This document shows positions 40,363 to 49,806 of a stretch of DNA of 64,000 nucleotides, in pieces. Source of the DNA: Nitrospirales bacterium (GTDB lineage: Bacteria > Nitrospirota > Nitrospiria > Nitrospirales > UBA8639); the NCBI GenBank assembly GCA_965223295.1, contig CBDCWC010000002.1:1664001-1728000 (forward strand), given 5' to 3'. The notes under the pieces were generated by a model. It was not told where the DNA came from. It was given only the letters and a program-made list of their open reading frames with translations, and ran no database searches. How positions within the stretch are numbered: position 1 is the first letter of the stretch; the number at the start of each line of letters is the position of its first letter. A program made the position numbers and the translations under genes.

Positions 40363-41076
40363 CTATGTGCCTGTTTGTCCTAAAAGAGACTCAGCTCGAA
40401 AGTAGTCATCAGGTACACCGATATCAATGAAGGTGCCACCGAATTCGACTCCAAACAGACGACGGCCAGCACTCAGCATGGCGGGCAAAATATCGTTCTC
40501 GAGTGAACTAGATGTTCCCACGTTAAAACCTGCCTCCTCTAAAGCCTGAGGTCTCATCCAATAGGCTCCTCCATTCGACAAACGACCCAGTCCATGGGCA
40601 CTGGACTTCATAGATAGAATCAGTCCTTCTGGAGAAATATTCATCCTCATGTACCGACCACCTTCATTGCTACGAAACAGAGAAAAACACCCATCAGCAT
40701 GCTTGGATTCAGAAAAGGTTCTCAGGATCATCCAATCCGATTCGAAATACGTATCACCGTTCAACACAAGAAACGGAGCAGTTATACCTCCCTCCTTTAT
40801 GGCTAAAAGGAGACCTCCGCCTGTACCAAGTGGTATGTCTTCAATAACATATTGAAGTTCAGCACCATGATAACGATGTCCAAAATGATCGATAATGACT
40901 TCATGGCGATAGCCGACAGAGAGCACGAAGCGTTCAATCCCTTTGCCTATCCAATAGTCCAGTTGATGCTCGAGAAACGGACGCCCCGCAACAGATGCCA
41001 TTGGCTTTGGCACATCAGGAACTGTGCTTCGCAGTCTCGTCCCTAAACCACCAGCCAAAATCACTGCGCACGTCAT
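40363..41076 (-). CDS. hddC: Sugar-1-phosphate nucleotidyltransferase (heptose-1-P guanylyltransferase-like)
   Basis: ILAGGLGTRLRS.VPDVPKPMA, LGTGG, NGDTYF, FIDIGVPDDY; next to gmhA and near hddA. Confidence 0.8.
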   Translation of the reverse strand: MTCAVILAGGLGTRLRSTVPDVPKPMASVAGRPFLEHQLDYWIGKGIERFVLSVGYRHEVIIDHFGHRYHGAELQYVIEDIPLGTGGGLLLAIKEGGITAPFLVLNGDTYFESDWMILRTFSESKHADGCFSLFRSNEGGRYMRMNISPEGLILSMKSSAHGLGRLSNGGAYWMRPQALEEAGFNVGTSSSLENDILPAMLSAGRRLFGVEFGGTFIDIGVPDDYFRAESLLGQTGT

Positions 41077-41083
41077 AAGAACA

Positions 41084-42253
41084 CTATGCCGAGTTCAAGA
41101 TGGCACACAGCTGATCGACTTCCTCATCCTTGAGATCAGGAAAATTGCCAATATAAAAACCATAAAAGTGGATATGCTCTGTTTCGGGGAAATCGGAATA
41201 GTGATCTGTGGGAACAATCCCCTTAAGATACGGCTGGCGGAGTTGATTGCCTCCGCCTGCGCTACCTCGTCTAAACTCTACACCGGACTCGCGCATCTTA
41301 TCCATAAGACGCTGAACCAATTTATCATCAGGCTTATCTAAAATCAGATTGAAAGCATAATTGCTCGACCCTTCGACCTTGAAATCTGTTCGATATTTTG
41401 TTTGATCTAGTAATGATAAAAACCGTTTTAGATTCTCTGTCCTACGAATATTGTTGCGGTCCAATCGCTTGAGTTGACTGCGGCCCAAAATCCCTCCAAT
41501 CTCCGTGTTTCGCAAATTATATGCCGGAAAGGCAAAGATAAAATCTGCATTTAACTTGGGGTTTTGAGAGCAATAGGAAATCTGCACCGCAGGATCATCA
41601 ACTTCACGCACCATACCATGAGAGCGCAACATGCGGGCTTGTTGATACACATCAGGATCATTTGTACAAAGCATCCCACCTTCGATCGTACTCATATGGT
41701 GGGCATAGTAAAAAGAGAAATTCGAAATCCATCCAAAACTACCCAATTTTTGACCATTATGTGTCGCGCCATGCGATTCACACACATCTTCGATCAAGGG
41801 AATGTTCCTGGACTCCAATTCTCTCAGCAATGTATCCGTGAGACCATCAAATCCTTGAGCATACGTGAGGAAGACAGCTTTCGTTCGAGGGGTAATCTTC
41901 TCGAGAACCTTCGATGTATCCATAGAAAGCGTACGGGGATCAATATCCGCAAACACTGGCTGAAATCCGTTTTGTAGGACGGAAGAAATATCCGAAACCC
42001 AGGTCAATGGAGGCACAATCACTTCTCCACCTTCCGGATGATGGATCTTCAGTATCGCCAGCGCCAGAAGATTGGTCGACGCTCCTGAATTGACCAAGAC
42101 ACTGTGCCTCACTCCCAGCCAGCTCGACCACTCAGCTTCAAACGCCCGCACATTACCCCCGTGCGTCAACTTAGGGTCGTCCTGTTGTAGATGAGTGATG
42201 ACCGCATCAAGGTCCTCACGCAAAATGTTCTGACGCATCAACGGAAACTTCAT
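41084..42253 (-). CDS. DegT/DnrJ/EryC1/StrS PLP-dependent enzyme (3-dehydratase subtype, His at the Lys position)
   Basis: VNSGASTN, IEDVCESHGA, FSFYYAHHMSTIEGG; His replaces the Schiff-base Lys as in ColD/E1 dehydratases. Confidence 0.88.
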   Translation of the reverse strand: MKFPLMRQNILREDLDAVITHLQQDDPKLTHGGNVRAFEAEWSSWLGVRHSVLVNSGASTNLLALAILKIHHPEGGEVIVPPLTWVSDISSVLQNGFQPVFADIDPRTLSMDTSKVLEKITPRTKAVFLTYAQGFDGLTDTLLRELESRNIPLIEDVCESHGATHNGQKLGSFGWISNFSFYYAHHMSTIEGGMLCTNDPDVYQQARMLRSHGMVREVDDPAVQISYCSQNPKLNADFIFAFPAYNLRNTEIGGILGRSQLKRLDRNNIRRTENLKRFLSLLDQTKYRTDFKVEGSSNYAFNLILDKPDDKLVQRLMDKMRESGVEFRRGSAGGGNQLRQPYLKGIVPTDHYSDFPETEHIHFYGFYIGNFPDLKDEEVDQLCAILNSA

Positions 42254-42319
42254 CGAGACTCTTCCTTCATAAGTACAGACATTTCTTCCTTTGATTTATT
42301 GAAGAAATACTTTGATGGC

Positions 42320-42859
42320 TTATTTTTCTCCGTAATAGTCGCCATACTCCACGACAATCGTACTCCGGCCATCGTCGCGCAATAACGCTCTTTCATACGC
42401 AGGGAAAATATCTATTGGCTCCTCTAGCCGAATCACCTCAATCGTGCTGCACATACTGCGAATCGCATCCGTAAAATCACCAACATGTTGATGCTGAGGA
42501 TGCAACGGCCGCTCAGAACCAATTCCCGTCCGTATGATCGCTTTGGTCTTGAACCGATTATTCGACATCACTTGAATCTTATCCAGGTGATTTATCAGTT
42601 GGCTAATCGCACACAATAAAAAATTCCAGCGCGGGAAAATACTAACCGGCACCATCCCGGCTAATGCCATTCCAGTCGCCATACCCATCTGCATCTCTTC
42701 TGCAACAGGCAATTCGAGGAGACGATCGCGTGGCACATCCGTCAGCGTATTGCTCATAGCCGTCCCAGGCACTGCTACTGCTTGCCCCATAAATATCGTG
42801 CGCGAATCCTCAGAGAGGAACGTCATGGCGCGTTTCAGTTCATCAAAATATTTCATCAC
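42320..42859 (-). CDS. ThDP enzyme beta-type subunit (pyrimidine-binding domain only)
   Basis: LLELPVAEEMQMGMATGMALAG, HPQHQH; 179 aa. Confidence 0.85.
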   Translation of the reverse strand: MMKYFDELKRAMTFLSEDSRTIFMGQAVAVPGTAMSNTLTDVPRDRLLELPVAEEMQMGMATGMALAGMVPVSIFPRWNFLLCAISQLINHLDKIQVMSNNRFKTKAIIRTGIGSERPLHPQHQHVGDFTDAIRSMCSTIEVIRLEEPIDIFPAYERALLRDDGRSTIVVEYGDYYGEK

Positions 42860-42957
42860 TTTTTCCGTTGGAAATTTTTGTGTGTATCATTACATGGCTA
42901 CCAGTAATGCTGTGCTCATGCTCAGCCCTGATTGCCTGTGATCGTTGTCTAGTCGAG

Positions 42958-43557
42958 TTAAAATTGAACCCGCACGCCAGCCCCGGCATGCGGATACTTA
43001 GTTTCATAGCGATATGAGGTAATGTACTCATTCTGAACGTCTTCAAAACTCAACTGCGGTTGATTCCAAACCTCCCGTGTGTCCGTGCAGACTGATTTGC
43101 CATTATCTTCGACCACAAAGTGGATCGGTAATCGATGATTGCGACTATACTTCATCGCTTCATGCGCCGCTCCCGTTTCAGCAGTCATTTCTCCCATGAA
43201 ACAATAGACTCTCGCATCCTCATTACCGCGACAAATGGCCATGGCTGTTCCAACTGCAATGGGCAATACACCCCCGACAATGGCAGAAGAAAAAATACGG
43301 TAGTCTGGGAAGCACAAAGAAATGGAACGCCCTGCCAAAATTTCTGTTCGGATCTGCTCTCGAGGAACACCTTTGAGCAAACATTGGTAATGAGACCGCC
43401 AAGAACAAAACACCCAATCTTGCGGTCGAATATTCTTGAAGACCGCAATCATTTGCTCTTCATTGCCTGAGTAGAGATGAACCGGGGCACGAATCTTTCC
43501 GGCATTAAATAACTCCGCAATTTCTTCTTCGAATGCGATTAGCTCTTCTTTGGTCAT
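42958..43557 (-). CDS. ThDP enzyme alpha-type subunit (E1 dehydrogenase-like PP domain)
   Basis: PVHLYSGNE, WRSH, SAIVGG, GEMTAETG...VVEDN; 199 aa. Confidence 0.85.
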   Translation of the reverse strand: MTKEELIAFEEEIAELFNAGKIRAPVHLYSGNEEQMIAVFKNIRPQDWVFCSWRSHYQCLLKGVPREQIRTEILAGRSISLCFPDYRIFSSAIVGGVLPIAVGTAMAICRGNEDARVYCFMGEMTAETGAAHEAMKYSRNHRLPIHFVVEDNGKSVCTDTREVWNQPQLSFEDVQNEYITSYRYETKYPHAGAGVRVQF

Positions 43558-43684
43558 CTATCAATCCTCCATGGACCAGGAGATTTACACTCACGATTAC
43601 AATACCTTACATGATTACGATTTTCACCATTCCAAAAGCACCGCATGAACAATGCCTGTCGATATCGCTGCATGTGAAATCCAT

Positions 43685-44665
43685 TCATGTAGAGGAGCAA
43701 ATCAGTCTCGAATGTTTCGATGAGATTATTTCTAGATTCTCCACATACCAATCATACGTCGTCGCAAGACCTTCGGAAAGATCTACCGTCGGCTTCCAAC
43801 CCAATGAACGGATCCGCGTACTATCAAGCAGCTTGCGTGGGCACCCATCTGGCTTCTGTCGATCCCATTCAAGAGAACCCGTATATCCGACGATTTCTCT
43901 AATGACATTGACGAGCTCCTTAATGGATATATCCGACCCAACCCCCACGTTCATCGGCAGGTCAAGCTCTAGGTCCTCCATATTTAAGATGTGCAAACAC
44001 GCGTCAGCGATATCATCGGCATGCACAAATTCTCGTCGTGGTGTACCACTCCCCCAGAGCATCACAGACTTCTCCCCGGAAACTTTGGCGCGATGTAATT
44101 TTGCTATCAAGGCAGCCAGAACATGTCCAGACTCAGGATTGAAGTTATCGTAAGGCCCATAAGCACTATTCGGTATGAGTGGGAAAAACCGTGTCCTGTT
44201 ATCCTGTTGATTATAGGCCAGACAGAGCTGTACTCCGGCAAGTTTGGACATCGCATAAGGCAAGCTGGTGGGTTCCGGGGGTCCGGACAATATTGCCTCT
44301 TCCGCCATGGGTTGTGGACATTCACGGGGATACATACACGATGAGCCAAAAAAAATCAGCTTCTTGATATTCGTACGCCGTGCAGCTTTGAGGACATGAA
44401 GCTGTATCGTGAAATTTTCATCCATAAAGTCTGCCGGGAACGACTGGTTCTCAACGATGCCCCCCACTCGTCCTGCGGCAAACACGACATAGTCCGGACG
44501 CACATTGTCAAAAAATCCGGAAACGCACTTCCAGTCCTGCAAATCAAGCTCACGACGACTTCTGGTCACAATTCTTTGGTATCCCTCATGCTGAAGTCGA
44601 CGAACAACAGCGGAGCCAATAAGCCCAGCATGGCCAGCCACATATATGATGGATTGACGATTCAT
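43685..44665 (-). CDS. fcl: GDP-L-fucose synthase-like epimerase/reductase
   Basis: AGHAGLIGSA, GSSCMYPR, YAMSK, WGSGTPRREF, KPDG. Confidence 0.9.
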   Translation of the reverse strand: MNRQSIIYVAGHAGLIGSAVVRRLQHEGYQRIVTRSRRELDLQDWKCVSGFFDNVRPDYVVFAAGRVGGIVENQSFPADFMDENFTIQLHVLKAARRTNIKKLIFFGSSCMYPRECPQPMAEEAILSGPPEPTSLPYAMSKLAGVQLCLAYNQQDNRTRFFPLIPNSAYGPYDNFNPESGHVLAALIAKLHRAKVSGEKSVMLWGSGTPRREFVHADDIADACLHILNMEDLELDLPMNVGVGSDISIKELVNVIREIVGYTGSLEWDRQKPDGCPRKLLDSTRIRSLGWKPTVDLSEGLATTYDWYVENLEIISSKHSRLICSST

Positions 44666-44673
44666 CGTGATCG

Positions 44674-45675
44674 TTAAAACAACCCATTGGGTTGATACAA
44701 CACCACTCGGCTACCGGCTGTCTCAAACCGCACGGGAACATGGATGAGACTCTTCAGCTCCGCTCTAACCTTCATCTGTAAATCCGGGGGAACAAACAAC
44801 AAAAGAAATCCACCTCCCCCTGCACCAAGGAGTTTTCCGCCTACAGCTCCAGTACGCCGCGCCCGCTCATAGAGCTCATCAATTTCCGGAGTCGACACTT
44901 TCTGAGAAAGTCCTCGCTTACACAACCAACTCTCGTGGAGCAATTGTCCAATTTCTTGAATCGGCACAGTCGTGCTCTGAAGAATCTGAATGGCGTCGTC
45001 AACCATTTCCTTCATCCGATGCAACACAGCCTCTCGACTCTTCAAGTTGTCAATTTGGTCCTTCGCGATATCAGACGCGATGCGAGAGAAGCCGGTAAAA
45101 CACAGCATTAAGTGAGACTGAAACTCACGCAATCGCTCTTCCTTCAGGACAATAGGAGAAACTTGAAACGCCCCGTCAGTCGTGAAATCCACTCTATTCA
45201 AACCACCAAAAGCGGCGGCAATTTGATCCTGTGATCCAACATTTTCATTGATGACCTTTTGCTCAACGAATATCGCTTGCCTGGCCAATTCGTCTTTTGA
45301 AATATATCGGCCCCTCAACGCTGTCAGCGCATGAATCAATCCAACCGTAAATGACGAGCTGGAACCGAGACCAGCCCGGGCTGGCAAATCACCATCATGA
45401 TGAATCTCTAACCCTTCACTTTCCGAGCCCGACCAGCTCAGAATCCCACGGACTGCAGGATGCTTAATTTCCTCAATCCGCTGTACATTCTCCACGATTG
45501 AATAGACGATTCGATGTCGGTGTTCAAAAAAAGGCGGAAGATGTCGACAACTAATATAGCAATACTTATCAATCGAGGTGGAAAGAACAACTCCCCCATG
45601 ATCTTGATACCAGGCCGGATAATCTGTACCGCCACCAAAAAAAGAAATCCTGAAGGGCGTTTTAGTGATAATCAT
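44674..45675 (-). CDS. hddA: GHMP kinase, heptose-7-phosphate 1-kinase-like
   Basis: TPFRISFFGGGTD, PARAGLGSSS, GSQDQ, GGKLLGAGGGG. Confidence 0.88.
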   Translation of the reverse strand: MIITKTPFRISFFGGGTDYPAWYQDHGGVVLSTSIDKYCYISCRHLPPFFEHRHRIVYSIVENVQRIEEIKHPAVRGILSWSGSESEGLEIHHDGDLPARAGLGSSSSFTVGLIHALTALRGRYISKDELARQAIFVEQKVINENVGSQDQIAAAFGGLNRVDFTTDGAFQVSPIVLKEERLREFQSHLMLCFTGFSRIASDIAKDQIDNLKSREAVLHRMKEMVDDAIQILQSTTVPIQEIGQLLHESWLCKRGLSQKVSTPEIDELYERARRTGAVGGKLLGAGGGGFLLLFVPPDLQMKVRAELKSLIHVPVRFETAGSRVVLYQPNGLF

Positions 45676-45722
45676 AGTTTCGATGAAAGGTGAACGTTGA
45701 CACCCTGCTTAGGCTGTGGGCA

Positions 45723-47279
45723 CTAATCACCAAATAATTTCCTCCGCAATGGAATCTTAGTCATGGCTTCAACATTTCTCCGTTCCATAATCCCGAACTT
45801 TTTTTCAACAAGATCTAAATAGGCTGGATTGGTAAAATATGTTTGCCAAGCAGCATCACGAAACTTCAATACATCAGCGGCGGCAACATATTTTGTGGGA
45901 AGCGGCTCGCTCTCATAGGACAAGAACCCATACCCCGTATAGGTCTGCGGCAACTTCCACCCATTCTGTTGGGCAACATAGTACAAGGGACTGCCTGGAA
46001 GTGCTTGACAGGGATACATATTGGCCATTTCCGTATTGAGCTCCATCGCCAAATCTAAGGTTTCCTGCATCGTCTCATTGGTATCCTCAGGAAATCCGAA
46101 AATATAATTGCTAATGATGTTCATACCCTCACCTCTGACCTTCTGGCACACATCACGAATATTGATTTCTTGAAATGATCCCTTGGAAACTTCCTGGCGA
46201 ACCGTTTGATTGCCAGCCTCAATACCAAGCGCTAACCAATTAATTCCTGCGTTCATAAATAATTCGATATATTCTTGGCGAACCGTATCCACCCTCGCAT
46301 ACGCCCACATCCGTAGCTTGAGTTTGCGATCGATAATATTGCGTAGCAATGGGTCATAATACTTCCTATTCAAAAAAAACATTTCGTCACTGATGCGAAC
46401 AGTTTCTACCCCCAAGTTAGCGAGTTTTTCAAGCTCGTCCCCGATCAATTGTGTACTCCAAAACCTCATTCCTCGAGAGTGCGATGCATCGATTTGGCTT
46501 TGGTTGTCTATACGATTGACAATATTAATCATGCAGAATTCACAGGAGAACGGACATCCAAGCGACGTATAGATCGCCGCAAAAGGTGTGCGCTTCTCAT
46601 GTGAAAATTCTGCATGCCAAAAGTGCGCTCGATACAAATCAAGCGGCCGGGACTTGTAGGGCAGAAGATCCCACGCATAGCCGGGCATATCAACATCCAT
46701 TTGATCTTGCGGGACAGTCGACTGCGGTTCGTTCAAGACCGCCTTTTTCCCAACAGCCGAATCGTCAACTTTGTAGCCAATCCCTTTCACTGACTCAAGA
46801 CGGGTACGAAGATCTGTTTGCAAGAGAGCGTGTAACGCATACACTCCTTCATTCAACAACACAAAATCGACAAAGGCGTATTGCAACACTTCCATAGGCA
46901 ACGCACTCGTGTGTGATCCAACAAAACAAACCGGAATGGCATGGATTTGTAATTTCAGTTCTTCCGCTAACACCGTCGCACCAATCATTCCTGTCGTACC
47001 GGAATTGGGATTTTGTCCATACACTACAAATACTGCAAGGCGGGGATTGGCATCCTTAATGCAATTCACAGCCTCCTGAAGCGATAAATTTTCCGCCGTA
47101 CAGTCTAAAATCGCTACACCAAAGCCCTTCGCACGACAAGACTGCGCCAACAACAAAGCCCAGGTGGGCGGCTCGATTGCTGTGTAAGTCTGGGCTAAAC
47201 CTTGGTACGCCTGAAAGGAAGAGTCCGCATTAATGAAAAGAACATCCAATTTTCGGCTCGGCATCTTAGGTTTCATCAC
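45723..47279 (-). CDS. Cobalamin-binding radical SAM protein (class B methyltransferase-like)
   Basis: N-terminal B12-binding-like domain (VGSHTSALP, NEG); SLGCPFSCEFC CxxxCxxC motif; IFGFPEDT. Confidence 0.9.
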   Translation of the reverse strand: MMKPKMPSRKLDVLFINADSSFQAYQGLAQTYTAIEPPTWALLLAQSCRAKGFGVAILDCTAENLSLQEAVNCIKDANPRLAVFVVYGQNPNSGTTGMIGATVLAEELKLQIHAIPVCFVGSHTSALPMEVLQYAFVDFVLLNEGVYALHALLQTDLRTRLESVKGIGYKVDDSAVGKKAVLNEPQSTVPQDQMDVDMPGYAWDLLPYKSRPLDLYRAHFWHAEFSHEKRTPFAAIYTSLGCPFSCEFCMINIVNRIDNQSQIDASHSRGMRFWSTQLIGDELEKLANLGVETVRISDEMFFLNRKYYDPLLRNIIDRKLKLRMWAYARVDTVRQEYIELFMNAGINWLALGIEAGNQTVRQEVSKGSFQEINIRDVCQKVRGEGMNIISNYIFGFPEDTNETMQETLDLAMELNTEMANMYPCQALPGSPLYYVAQQNGWKLPQTYTGYGFLSYESEPLPTKYVAAADVLKFRDAAWQTYFTNPAYLDLVEKKFGIMERRNVEAMTKIPLRRKLFGD

Positions 47280-47318
47280 TGTTTGGAGCTACCTCTCTAT
47301 CTTCAAATAATTTCCAAC

Positions 47319-47909
47319 TCATGCTCCGACATTGTTATTTGATTCTTGGGATTGATAATACCTGTAATACACGGCAAGAGTATGAGCTTCTTCTATCTCA
47401 GCTCGTTGCGCCATTCCAGCAAACTCTCTTAGAGTGAAAAACCGTAAGGTCTTATGGCCCAGTTCATTCGCCTTAAAGCATTTTCCCTCACTACAGTTAG
47501 GGGCAGCAAAGAGCTGTGTACGAGCAGCTAAGATTCCCGGCTCTGGCAATATAGTACCTAGATCAATCATTTCCTGATGATCACAACTTAACCCGGTTTC
47601 CTCTTCCAACTCCCGTACAGCTGCAGCAAGAGCCTTCTCCCCAGCTTCGACAAAGCCTCGAGGAACCTCCCAAGTAAACTCCGTGACAGGATAACGGTAG
47701 ATCTGCAGCAAGCCCAATTTTCCATCGAGAATAGGTAGAATCGCCACTCCTGTTACATGATTATGGGATTTTTGTCGTGGCCTCACCACTATAAAATCCC
47801 TAACCGTTTCGCCCGATGAACCCGCAATATGGTCTAAGAACACTTCGATCAGACGATTCGCACAACCTACCTTTCGTTTAATAAGACGTATAGGATTGTT
47901 GTCTGTCAT
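47319..47909 (-). CDS. NUDIX hydrolase (ADP-sugar pyrophosphatase-like)
   Basis: Nudix box GFVEAGEKALAAAVRELEEETG. Confidence 0.92.
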   Translation of the reverse strand: MTDNNPIRLIKRKVGCANRLIEVFLDHIAGSSGETVRDFIVVRPRQKSHNHVTGVAILPILDGKLGLLQIYRYPVTEFTWEVPRGFVEAGEKALAAAVRELEEETGLSCDHQEMIDLGTILPEPGILAARTQLFAAPNCSEGKCFKANELGHKTLRFFTLREFAGMAQRAEIEEAHTLAVYYRYYQSQESNNNVGA

Positions 47910-48321
47910 ATGAGGTCAATGAGAATCTGGCAAAATAAACTACCAACTCACAAGGTTTCTCTTGCCTGGAACGCAGAGAACATAAAGACAAGACACGGGA
48001 GATTAACAGCTCCCTCCTTACCTAATTCTTTTAAATTTTTTCTGTCTCTTAAACCTTGCTCTTCATGCTTTAGAATTTTGTTGGGTACACACACTCTCTC
48101 TCCCTGAAGATTCAGAATGTGGCTCATATCTTTTGTGGTTTCCCTACATATTTTAAGACTTTTTATAAAACCAGTACATAAACACATCAACTTTTAGACC
48201 GTAATGTCAAATACCTCACAACAACAAAAAGTGAAAAAAGTAGCACCTTTCAACTGCCCATCACGATAGTTACTACTCTTACCCCCGTATTGGTATTTTC
48301 TATTATGCCTTGCCTCATTCT

Positions 48322-49647
48322 TTATCGCTTTAACCATTCTCTATCCAATGGAATAGGTTCACTGGACTTCCTCCAACCCCCTCGTTCTATTAAAAGAAGA
48401 GATGCCCCGACGAGAATCCAAAACAGATAGGAATGGCTCCCACCAAAGCTATCGTCGAAAAAAATTCGAACAAAAAACCCCGTGGCCATCAAGAGAGCTC
48501 CTAGTATCCAGTAGTAGTAGACCTCCACATCTGCAGCCTTCAAGGCACACCATAGAGACATCCACACCTTGCCCACCAACCAGCCAAACAAAAACAATCC
48601 TGGAAGACCGGAACCCATGGCGACCATGAGGTACCAATTATGAGGTTTTTCTGGAATTTCTGGAATTGCAGTTTCTGTAGCCTCTAGTTGCTCAATATGG
48701 TCTCGGTGCTGCTGTTCAAAGATTGTCACTCCGTAACCCACTCCAGTAAAAGGATGAGCGAGAATATCCGACAGACTCATTTCCCATACAGCTAAGCGGG
48801 ATTTGATCGTCCAGGTATCCAACGTATCATGATGTAGACCGGTAGAAGGAAGGAGAAATATGATTATTGAAAAAAGAAGGAAGCCCAAACCAAAGGCCCA
48901 GTACGCCATTTTCTTATTGAAAAACCAACAAGCCAAAACTATTTGTGCAAAGAATCCCAACCAGGCTCCTCGGCTATAAGAAAAAATCAATCCCAATAAT
49001 GCAAACCATACCGCACAGGCCAATAAAACACGGACAAGTAAAGCTTCCATGATAAACAACCCTGTAACTAGGACCGGCAATACGATTAATACATTAGTAC
49101 TGAGCCAGGTAAAATCAGCTCCATTAGACAGGGGAAATCCGGCGCGAACATTTCGATCCCAAATGTTCCCCCCACGTTCCCAAAAATCAAAAAGAGAGTA
49201 ACTACAGCAGAGGATCGTCCCCACACCAATGGTCATGAAAATCATTCGCCTAAAACCCGACTCGGGCTGCTCTTTGACAATGAGACATGTTCCATAAAAG
49301 ACTACAAACTGCGCTGCAACTTTTTGCCATTCCTTCAAACTGCTCCAAGGGTCAATGGAAAAGGGAATCGTCAATGCTATCCAGACAACCAAACACAAAA
49401 ATGGTGCGGCAATGGGAGTATGAATCCAGAGAGACTTGCCAGCCTGCCAACTCAGCAGAACCCCAATTCCAACGAGAATAAAGAACAGATACTCCTGAAG
49501 ATGGAAGAGTCGGGGAGAGAATCCAAGCAACAGGACAAGACAAAGGCCCCATCCCAACATAGTCCAACTCAGATCTGGAGCGGATAAATCTTTAGCCCAA
49601 AACTTTCTGACTTGATTCACATCAGTGTGTATAGACATGATGCTCAT
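48322..49647 (-). CDS. O-antigen ligase family membrane protein (Wzy_C)
   Basis: Multiple TMs, SYSRGAW, SRLAVW, HPFTGVGYG, PHNWYL. Confidence 0.88.
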   Translation of the reverse strand: MSIMSIHTDVNQVRKFWAKDLSAPDLSWTMLGWGLCLVLLLGFSPRLFHLQEYLFFILVGIGVLLSWQAGKSLWIHTPIAAPFLCLVVWIALTIPFSIDPWSSLKEWQKVAAQFVVFYGTCLIVKEQPESGFRRMIFMTIGVGTILCCSYSLFDFWERGGNIWDRNVRAGFPLSNGADFTWLSTNVLIVLPVLVTGLFIMEALLVRVLLACAVWFALLGLIFSYSRGAWLGFFAQIVLACWFFNKKMAYWAFGLGFLLFSIIIFLLPSTGLHHDTLDTWTIKSRLAVWEMSLSDILAHPFTGVGYGVTIFEQQHRDHIEQLEATETAIPEIPEKPHNWYLMVAMGSGLPGLFLFGWLVGKVWMSLWCALKAADVEVYYYWILGALLMATGFFVRIFFDDSFGGSHSYLFWILVGASLLLIERGGWRKSSEPIPLDREWLKR

Positions 49648-49806
49648 TCACATGAGAAAGAAAAGACTAGAGCTCAGCTTCTCAACGACCCTCCTATTTT
49701 TGTGTCATTCGCCGCTAATTAATGGGGCAAGTAGATTCTTACTAAAAAACATGAACACAATGAGTTCTGTTGATGAGCAAGTGCCAGGATATCAATCGCC
49801 TCGGCC

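Noticed and set aside
43554-43751. 65-aa ORF bridging fcl and the ThDP alpha gene
   Set aside because: Overlaps the fcl 3' end in another frame; no homology cues
43533-44153. 206-aa plus-strand ORF
   Set aside because: Antisense shadow of the fcl-like gene; Ser-rich and motif-free
47948-48190. 80-aa ORF in the AT-rich gap
   Set aside because: Weak start and no motifs; more likely promoter region or remnant
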